Under the pieces are notes generated by a model. That model was not told the origin of the DNA and ran no database searches. It saw only the letters and a list, made by a program, of their open reading frames with translations. The position numbers and the translations under genes are program-made. From an uncultured Micrococcales bacterium (GTDB lineage Bacteria > Actinomycetota > Actinomycetes > Actinomycetales > Microbacteriaceae), in the NCBI GenBank assembly GCA_903909605.1, contig CAIVWH010000031.1, positions 3,704 to 67,703 on the forward strand: 64,000 nucleotides of DNA, read 5' to 3'. Position 1 is the stretch's first letter. Every line of letters begins with the position of its first letter. Positions 49,553 to 56,170 of this stretch are shown piece after piece.

Positions 49553-51160
49553 CTACGCCAAAGTCAGCCCAGATGTCTCGGCAATGCCACGTAGCCAGTT
49601 GTAGGCCCCAAGCGTCGAGAGGCAGTCATCCTCGTTGTACGCATAAATGTCTTGGATGATCTTCTGAGCCTCAGCCTCCTGGCCGGCCTCGCGTGCCTTC
49701 AGGAAGTTGTAGTACTGCCAAACGCTGTCGGCGCCATCGCCGGTGTTGGTTTCACGTGGCTGATTCTCGCGGTAATACTTCTCAATCCGCTTGAGCGAAT
49801 AGCCACCGCAGCCAACCAAAAGCCAATTGCGCGCGACCTTAAGTAGGTCAACCATGAATTCAATTACCTGAGCGGCTTCGAACTCGTAGACACCATAAAA
49901 CTCGGCCAGGTCGCGCAGCCCATTCGGCTCAGGGGAGCTCCAATGGTAGATGTGCATGTCTGGATGTTCAACCCGCCGAGCCAATGCAAAGTCGATGAAA
50001 TCAACGAAGGCTTGGCGTTCCTCTTCATATGAGTTGGCGATAAAAGAAATGAACCGCCCCGTCACATCAACAGAACCGAAAATGTAATTCAAATTCTTGC
50101 CAAACATGGCTGGGTACCACTCGAGGTCGAAAAACAAATCGCCGGCGCTTGGCTCGGGAAGTACGAGAGTGGGCCTGGCTCGCAAAACATATTTCGGGTC
50201 TAACCCTCGTTTCTGGTTGCCGATCATTCGCGCCTCGAGAATAAGTTCGCGCAGGGCATCTCGAGGAACACCAGCCAGGTCAGCATCGTCAGGCAAAGCT
50301 GCAACCTGCCCAACGGTTGTAATGCCATGAGGCTCAAGTTTCTTCGGCAACGAGCTGGCGTTTCTATACATCTGAGTGAATAGGTCGAGTTCGAGGCGGT
50401 CGTGATCGCAAAGTTTCGGGTATGTGCAGTAAATGTCGTCACAGACACCTGGTTTCGGACAATGCTTCACCAGGTCTCGCCATTGCGAGGCCTCGGCAGG
50501 CGAAGTAGCCAGAAGCAGCGAGAGCATGTCGGCCCGCTGAGACTTCAACTTTTCAAGCGCAGTGTCGATTTCCAGGTAAGCCATTTCACTCTTGCCAACA
50601 ATTCCGAGCTCATGACTCGAGGCAAAGCCCGCATCCTTGAGCGCCTCGAAATAGGTTGCAAGTTGCAGCCAATAGAGGTCAGCCGGTTCTGTGCTGTTCT
50701 TGATATCGAGGATTCGGTACTTGGTTGAGTCTTCGGCGATTTTTACGGCCACCAGTTTGGAGTCGACAAATCGAAGTTCATAGTCCTGGCGAACTAAAAG
50801 ATCGGCATAGCCGGTCATGACAATGCCCGAGTAGTCGTATTCGAGGCGTGCCTGCGCAATTACTGGGATTCCAGCCCGCAATGCATCCAGGGTTTGGTCA
50901 AATTTGGCACGTTCCGGCAGCTCAATGAAATCACCCTCCGGCAAACTCGCCTTGATTTCCGCCAGGCGAAATTCTTCGTATTTTCGCCCTTGGATGAAGA
51001 TGAACTTCTCTTTCGGCTCGATGAAGTCGGCCACTGCGTTGAGCGCCCACTGAGACCCGGCACCGACCGCCATCGCGAGTTTGTAGCAGTGCTCGCAAGA
51101 ACTCAAGAAGAAGTCGCGGGCCGAGATGTGCCAGACTCCATCTTTTACGCGTACAGTCAT
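49553..51160 (-). CDS. TM0106-type RecB-like nuclease: PD-(D/E)xK/Cas4-like domain with Cys cluster fused to RNase H-like (DEDD) domain
   Basis: GYADLL ... ILDIKNS (D ... DxK). Cys cluster: CEHC near the N-terminus plus CPKPGVCDDIYCTYPKLC. C-terminal DLFFDLEW ... YHWS ... YNEDDC. GGAGG RBS before ATG 51160. Confidence 0.75.
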   Translation of the reverse strand: MTVRVKDGVWHISARDFFLSSCEHCYKLAMAVGAGSQWALNAVADFIEPKEKFIFIQGRKYEEFRLAEIKASLPEGDFIELPERAKFDQTLDALRAGIPVIAQARLEYDYSGIVMTGYADLLVRQDYELRFVDSKLVAVKIAEDSTKYRILDIKNSTEPADLYWLQLATYFEALKDAGFASSHELGIVGKSEMAYLEIDTALEKLKSQRADMLSLLLATSPAEASQWRDLVKHCPKPGVCDDIYCTYPKLCDHDRLELDLFTQMYRNASSLPKKLEPHGITTVGQVAALPDDADLAGVPRDALRELILEARMIGNQKRGLDPKYVLRARPTLVLPEPSAGDLFFDLEWYPAMFGKNLNYIFGSVDVTGRFISFIANSYEEERQAFVDFIDFALARRVEHPDMHIYHWSSPEPNGLRDLAEFYGVYEFEAAQVIEFMVDLLKVARNWLLVGCGGYSLKRIEKYYRENQPRETNTGDGADSVWQYYNFLKAREAGQEAEAQKIIQDIYAYNEDDCLSTLGAYNWLRGIAETSGLTLA

Positions 51161-51197
51161 GTTCCCCTCCTGGAGTCAGATTATCCTTGCTCGGGCT

Positions 51198-51920
51198 TTA
51201 CGGGGTCCATCGATTCTTCCAACTACGAGCCCTGTATCCGTCATAACCAGATGGGCCTGCCCAGTATGAGGCAATCTCCGCCTTTTCTTCCCAACCCAAA
51301 TCGGGCCAGTCAGTGCCGGCAATTTCGATGAACTCCTCGACCAGGTCTTCCAAGTAGGTCCGGAAGCCTTTGCGCAGAAAGGTAACGTACTGACGATCCC
51401 AGAACTTGCTGCCATCCTTTTCATCTAAGCGCCAGTGTCGCTGAATGAATCGGTTGATCGTCTTGTGCGAAACCTTGCCCTGTTTCACGAGTTTGAATAG
51501 GTAGTCACCCTGGATGAACTCTCGAAAACTCACCGCTGACTCACTGACGATATTTGAGAGCTCCAACTCTCGGGCGGCCAGCTCTCCGCAAAGTATTAAG
51601 ACTTCATCGTCAAACTCTTGGTCAGAGGCGTAATAAAGCCAACGCTCTCGATTTGGCACGCTCGGCTCGAGGCCGAATAGTTTCACCTCAGCAAGCTTCT
51701 CGAAAAGAATCTTGAGAGCTACCTCATCGAGATTTGCCAGCACCCGAACTTGCAGGAAAAGCCGCTTGTCTGCCGGCTCTGCACAGCTAGCCCAGGCAAG
51801 CTCATTTTGAGATTGCGCGGTCGAGTTCCATCCGCACCTTAGGCATATTGCCGATTCGTTTTCGGCAAACCCGCACTTGCTACATGTTTGACTCAATTGA
51901 GCCCCCTTCAATTTATTCAA
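51198..51920 (-). CDS. hypothetical protein with N-terminal zinc-ribbon (CSKCG ... CLRCGW)
   Basis: 240-aa ORF with a TTG start 6 nt after the upstream stop. No recognisable family beyond the CxxC ... CxxC. Confidence 0.55.
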   Translation of the reverse strand: MNKLKGAQLSQTCSKCGFAENESAICLRCGWNSTAQSQNELAWASCAEPADKRLFLQVRVLANLDEVALKILFEKLAEVKLFGLEPSVPNRERWLYYASDQEFDDEVLILCGELAARELELSNIVSESAVSFREFIQGDYLFKLVKQGKVSHKTINRFIQRHWRLDEKDGSKFWDRQYVTFLRKGFRTYLEDLVEEFIEIAGTDWPDLGWEEKAEIASYWAGPSGYDGYRARSWKNRWTP

Positions 51921-51926
51921 CTTTGA

Positions 51927-52199
51927 CTAAGCGCCGAGCACCCAGTCGCGCTGCGAGGTCGTGTGCCACCCCTTGCAGGTTCCGCATTGGTAGACACGGC
52001 ACTCCTTGCGATTGGTGTGACCCAGCTCGACAATCTGAACGGCTGCCTTGTTCTGGAAACTGTGCAGGAACTGGATCGCCATCTTCTTGTCGCGGTAACG
52101 CACTTTGTCGCGATCGCCCGAGCAGTGGTCTAGTTCAGAGAACCGAGGAAAACGGCTGCGTCGGGCCTCTTGAGTGCGCTTGTGGTTGCGGTGTGACAT
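51927..52199 (-). CDS. small basic Cys/His-rich protein (GH ... CxxC-x-GWH motif)
   Basis: 90 aa with an excellent AAGGAG RBS 6 nt before ATG 52199. Motif ELGHTNRKECRVYQCGTCKGWHTTSQ. Confidence 0.65.
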   Translation of the reverse strand: MSHRNHKRTQEARRSRFPRFSELDHCSGDRDKVRYRDKKMAIQFLHSFQNKAAVQIVELGHTNRKECRVYQCGTCKGWHTTSQRDWVLGA

Positions 52200-52256
52200 T
52201 TGTTACTCCTTACGTTCGTTGATGAGAAAAGAAAGGTACGGCGCCCCGCCGACATT

Positions 52257-52442
52257 TCAGCCTCGGGCCGCAAGCCGGCACACATGCTCGCCGCCATCGG
52301 CCCGGTAGGTTTCGTAAGGCCACTGCTCGGTGCATTTCTGGCAGATCACGGTCGTCTTGCCGTATGGCTTCGGGATGAGGGTGACCAGCCAGTCGAAAAT
52401 CGTGACAATTTCACCCTTGTGCAAGTGCCCGTGTTCAAGCAT
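52257..52442 (-). CDS. small Cys/His-rich protein (GHL ... CQKC ... W motif)
   Basis: 61 aa from ATG 52442. Shares the GHLxxGE(I/V)xT ... CQxC ... W pattern with the 159-aa protein two genes upstream. Confidence 0.45.
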   Translation of the reverse strand: MLEHGHLHKGEIVTIFDWLVTLIPKPYGKTTVICQKCTEQWPYETYRADGGEHVCRLAARG

Positions 52443-52465
52443 CAAGTCGCCGGATGAGTTCGAGA

Positions 52466-52681
52466 TCAGACCACACCAACAAAGCGCCTGCCCGTCATCA
52501 TCAACTTTTTTATGCCATGGACGCCGCGCTCTTGGAAATGCACGGCGGTGGTCAGCTCACCCGCCTTGAGCCGGCTGCGCCACTGGGCATACCAGTGCGT
52601 CTGTGGGTTGGTCGACTGTGCAATCAGCCCCTCAACTCGAGCCTTTGCATCGATTTGTGATTTGTCATACTTCGGATTCAT
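52466..52681 (-). CDS. hypothetical small protein
   Basis: 71 aa; its ATG overlaps the stop of the upstream gene (ATGA). Confidence 0.5.
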   Translation of the reverse strand: MNPKYDKSQIDAKARVEGLIAQSTNPQTHWYAQWRSRLKAGELTTAVHFQERGVHGIKKLMMTGRRFVGVV

Positions 52682-53157
52682 TCGGCACTTCCTTCAACGT
52701 GTTCGATACGCACACATCCTGGATGCTGCGCGAGTGTCGCTTCAAGATCGATCAGTGGTTGGCCATCGCCGGCAACGTCTTCGCGACGAACTACAGCCCA
52801 ACGGCCACAGCAGTTTTGGCAGTAGAGCTCGTGGCCACGACCATCCTGGAAATTGTGAATCAGCAGCGTGGCGACCTCGCCGCCTTGCAGATGGCCGAAG
52901 GCGAGGTACACCTGGGTTTCGGAATTAGGTGCAATCAGGCCGCAGGTGCAGACTTCGATCTCGTCGTCTAAGTGGTGCGCGACATCGTGGATGCCCTGGA
53001 TCTGATCGATGACGTATTCGGTCCACTCGCTCGAGCGGCGGGAGTACATCCAGCGGCCGTATCTCTCTTGCGGGGTCTCGGCCTTCTGGCGCTCGAGGCG
53101 CTCGTATCGGGCGAGGGTTTTGGCCGCGTTACGAAGCGGCGCGTAGTACTTAGGCAT
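52678..53157 (-). CDS. hypothetical Cys/His-rich protein (CTCG ... GHLQGGEVAT ... CQNCCGRW)
   Basis: 159 aa. An AAAGGGG RBS sits inside a hairpin just before ATG 53157. Confidence 0.6.
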   Translation of the reverse strand: MPKYYAPLRNAAKTLARYERLERQKAETPQERYGRWMYSRRSSEWTEYVIDQIQGIHDVAHHLDDEIEVCTCGLIAPNSETQVYLAFGHLQGGEVATLLIHNFQDGRGHELYCQNCCGRWAVVRREDVAGDGQPLIDLEATLAQHPGCVRIEHVEGSAE

Positions 53158-53331
53158 AAAAAATGCCCCTTTCTGGGGCTATGCCCCACTGTTGTTTTGC
53201 CTTGCGGCCCTATTACTGCTTTGCCTCCTGCACCGATGCCCGTGGGGGCCGGTTGCCTCACCCGAAGTTGTCACCGCTTCGAGGTCGCACAGAGAGATGG
53301 CTCTTGCCTCTGTGTCTGAATAGCTATTTAG

Positions 53332-53691
53332 TTATGACGAAAGATTAGACCCAGGCGCCGACATTGCGCCATCATCTTTAGGCGTGTTGTCGACAAACCA
53401 AATCAGCTCGTAGCGATCGATGATGTGACCGATGCTCACCTCGACGAATGGCGAACCCGGGCCATCAGCATATTCACGGATTGTGGTGTGCCAACCGAAA
53501 CCGTCGTTCGCGAGATTGATTGCCTGCATCGCCATTGTGTGCCGCTGGTCGCGGTATTCCTTGGTGTATGTGCGGTCGTTGGTGGTCATCGCAAGGTAGC
53601 AGCGCAGCTTCTTGTTTAGCGGTGCATCCTTCGGCAGAATCTGTTCGAGCAGCGAGATCTTCAATAGTTGCTTTGAGACGTGAGTTTGCAT
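53332..53691 (-). CDS. hypothetical protein
   Basis: 119 aa from ATG 53691, preceded by an AGGAGG RBS (ATAGGAGGCCC ATG). No recognisable family. Confidence 0.6.
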   Translation of the reverse strand: MQTHVSKQLLKISLLEQILPKDAPLNKKLRCYLAMTTNDRTYTKEYRDQRHTMAMQAINLANDGFGWHTTIREYADGPGSPFVEVSIGHIIDRYELIWFVDNTPKDDGAMSAPGSNLSS

Positions 53692-53871
53692 GGGCCTCCT
53701 ATGGCATTGGAACCTAAGAAACAAAGATTTTTGAGACTTTATTTCTAAATGTCAGAAACTTTTTCGAAAATCTTTCTCCTATATACACAGGGGGAATTTG
53801 TCCCCTGACTTATTAGTTCCCAGAGTTTCGAAAATGTCCGTACACATATGAGGGAAAAATCTGTTCTGTTA
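53692..53871. promoter_or_regulatory. AT-rich intergenic region with TTTCGAAA palindromes, a 12-nt direct repeat and a hairpin (internal island promoter/operator candidate)
   Basis: TTTTCGAAAA at 53761-53770 and TTTCGAAA at 53826-53833. TTAT(T/C)AGTTCCC at 53810-53821 and 53869-53880. CAGGGG-N8-CCCCTG at 53788-53807. Confidence 0.45.
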
Positions 53872-54840
53872 TCAGTTCCCGAAACTCGACAGCGCCAGGT
53901 TGGTCGCAAGAGTGCGCAGATCGTCGACTTTGTAGTCGGGCCATCCGTGAACAATGCTCGACCACTCGGCAGGAATGTTCGAGTCGCCCCATCGAGCGCC
54001 GACCAACGAGCCGCAGATTGCCGCGGTGGTGTCGGTGTCGTCGCCTACCCGCACGCAGAGCTCGACGGCCGCCTTGAACTGATAGCGGCCCTCGTAGGCA
54101 GTCTGGGTAATGGCTGCCCAGGCTAGTTGTATCGATGAAATCACGTAGCCATTCGGGTTGAACTCGAAAGGGTCGGTCTTCTCGGCGGCCTTCATGCGCT
54201 CTCGCCACAGTTCGCGCGAAACCGGATCGAGCTGGTCGATGCCGTGCCAGAGCCCGTCGTAGTTGCCGTTCAAGACCGCGCCACGGATAGCCTCTGACCA
54301 GATGTAGCAGGCCTGCCAGCACTCGTCGGCCGAGTGAGTGAGCTCACTGAACGACTTGGCCGCCTCGAGCAGCCCTGCCCTGCCATCGAGAAAACCAAGT
54401 GCGATTGGGCTGGTTCGCATCAGGCTGCCATTTCCGTGGTGGCGCTCGTGAGCACTGGCGTAGTCGCGGGTTGCCTGCATCATCTCGCGGAACAGCTCTT
54501 CAGGGTCGCCCTCGTTGGCCATGATTCGCGCGAAAACAGACGATGTCTGAATGCCGATGTCTTTGGCCGACTTTTGCCACTCGAAGAACTGAGTGGCCGC
54601 CGACTGCAAAGCACGGTCACTCGAAAAGCCATGCGCTAGCCCAGCTCGACCAATGGCCACGGCCTGGTCAGTGTCGTCGGTCCACTCGCCTAGACCGAAC
54701 ATCGGCCCGGCCTTCATAACCACCTCGGCGCTCGGCGCCAGGGGACGTCCGAACTCGTACGACTGGCCAAGCGCATCGCCAACGGCCTGACCAACAAGCG
54801 CACCGCGAGCGCGATCGAGCAAATCTGCATCAAGTTTCAT
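53872..54840 (-). CDS. ADP-ribosylglycohydrolase family protein (ARH/DraG/Tri1-like)
   Basis: ALVGQAVGDALGQSYEFG, GEWTDDTDQAVAI and a C-terminal GDDTDTTAAICGSLVGARWG. The start ATG 54840 shares one base with the upstream stop (TGATG). Confidence 0.88.
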   Translation of the reverse strand: MKLDADLLDRARGALVGQAVGDALGQSYEFGRPLAPSAEVVMKAGPMFGLGEWTDDTDQAVAIGRAGLAHGFSSDRALQSAATQFFEWQKSAKDIGIQTSSVFARIMANEGDPEELFREMMQATRDYASAHERHHGNGSLMRTSPIALGFLDGRAGLLEAAKSFSELTHSADECWQACYIWSEAIRGAVLNGNYDGLWHGIDQLDPVSRELWRERMKAAEKTDPFEFNPNGYVISSIQLAWAAITQTAYEGRYQFKAAVELCVRVGDDTDTTAAICGSLVGARWGDSNIPAEWSSIVHGWPDYKVDDLRTLATNLALSSFGN

Positions 54841-55127
54841 CAGTGCCTCCTGCTTTCTTTTTGCTTGCCGCGAATGAACGCCACGATCCCATAGATGTTC
54901 CAAGTTGCCATAAGCACGAACACCAAAATGAATGCGCCTACTGTCCGGTCGGCGATCCAATAATCGTGGAACCAGTAGTAGGTGTTTGCTTTCTTACCGT
55001 TGGCCCAATAGATCTCGAACCAGAAGCGATCGAGTGGTAGCAGCCAAAGCGCTACTTGAGTTATCACGCCGGCAGTCAAAGTGAACCGCCAGCGGCGACT
55101 AAGTAATTTCCAGACCGACTCTTTCAT
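54840..55127 (-). CDS. small membrane protein (2-3 TM), hypothetical
   Basis: 95 aa. The AGGAG RBS overlaps the stop of the upstream gene, and the ORF is coupled to the ARH gene downstream. Confidence 0.6.
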   Translation of the reverse strand: MKESVWKLLSRRWRFTLTAGVITQVALWLLPLDRFWFEIYWANGKKANTYYWFHDYWIADRTVGAFILVFVLMATWNIYGIVAFIRGKQKESRRH

Positions 55128-55136
55128 TTCTTGCTC

Positions 55137-55589
55137 CTAAATGTGAAGTGCGGCGAGCAGGCCCACCAGCAAGGTAATAAGGACCTGCAGCGCGGGCGCG
55201 ATCCAGGCGGTCCATTTGGTGGCTTTCGACATCCAAACCAGGTGGTTTGCAACTCGATGACTTGAATCGGCAACCCAGCGACTTAAGCGCGCCATAGCTA
55301 ACCAAATGATGATTAGAGCCACTTCGCAAATGGCATTCCGAGAGTCATCAGTGATGTCGAAAGGAGGCTTCACCCAGTCGATGACCCAATTAGTCAACTC
55401 GCCGAGCGAAAAGTACAGAACGACCGAATAAGCAAAGGCGCGGTGCCTGGTTGTTTTGAAGATGCCATCGGCGTTATCGCGATCACAGTCAATCCCACAC
55501 AAATGGCCGGGGTGGTCATGTATCTCGTCGTCCTCATAGCCGATGTAGTCAGAGAAAAACTCACCCAAGCGTCGAAGATAGGCGAACAT
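55137..55589 (-). CDS. membrane protein with N-terminal DHPGHLCGIDC motif (paralogue B)
   Basis: 150 aa with 3 hydrophobic segments. Clear paralogy to the upstream gene (DYIG ... D-x-PGH-x-CGIDC ... RL ... AD-x-S ... AN-x-L ... K). TGATG junction with the upstream gene. Confidence 0.65.
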   Translation of the reverse strand: MFAYLRRLGEFFSDYIGYEDDEIHDHPGHLCGIDCDRDNADGIFKTTRHRAFAYSVVLYFSLGELTNWVIDWVKPPFDITDDSRNAICEVALIIIWLAMARLSRWVADSSHRVANHLVWMSKATKWTAWIAPALQVLITLLVGLLAALHI

Positions 55590-56071
55590 CAGTGACCCCC
55601 AAACCAGCCTTGGATTGTCTCAATCAACCAGAACACGGGGTAGTAAGCGACTGCGCTGCCGAACAAAAGGTAAGTCGCAAACTTGGCACCTTTGGCCACA
55701 AACAACAAACGATTTGCTTCATTCTGGCTGTGATCCGCGATGCGCTTGGCAAGACGCCGCGCCCCTAGCCAAATAAACAGGGTCAAGAGCGTAGGCAAGA
55801 CCAAACGCGTGGGCCGAGTCTGCCACTCGAGTGGAACAACATAAGAAAGTGCCTTAGGCGCCAACCAGGACATCCCGAAAAAGAGGAAGTACATCGTGTA
55901 GCGCGTCAACCTTTTAGGGTCGTTGTACCAAGCCACCTTTGGCTCAACCAAGCAGTCGATGCCACAGATGTGCCCCGGATAATCGTGTTCGGAGTCATAC
56001 TGGCGCGGCCCGCTGCTCAACCCGATGTAATCGAGAATCCGCTGCCATCTGCTCAAGTCTTGATCTGCCAT
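55589..56071 (-). CDS. membrane protein with N-terminal DYPGHICGIDC motif (paralogue A)
   Basis: 160 aa with 3 hydrophobic segments and a GGAGGG RBS before ATG 56071. First gene of the operon. Confidence 0.65.
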   Translation of the reverse strand: MADQDLSRWQRILDYIGLSSGPRQYDSEHDYPGHICGIDCLVEPKVAWYNDPKRLTRYTMYFLFFGMSWLAPKALSYVVPLEWQTRPTRLVLPTLLTLFIWLGARRLAKRIADHSQNEANRLLFVAKGAKFATYLLFGSAVAYYPVFWLIETIQGWFGGH

Positions 56072-56108
56072 GAGCCCTCCGTTCTTCAGAAAACGAAGGT
56101 ATTGCCCA

Positions 56109-56132
56109 CCTCCGACATTCGAATGTCGGAGG
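56109..56132. promoter_or_regulatory. perfect 24-bp palindrome in the divergent promoter region (operator candidate)
   Basis: CCTCCGACATTC|GAATGTCGGAGG, located between start codons at 56071 (minus) and 56171 (plus). Confidence 0.6.
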
Positions 56133-56170
56133 CCTGATTTACCTTCTTTCTCTCACCGAAAGAGGGACTT

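Noticed and set aside
53163-53348. 61-aa plus-strand ORF in the island spacer
   Set aside because: It has no RBS and an odd Cys/Pro-rich translation. The region is better explained as a structured minus-strand leader.
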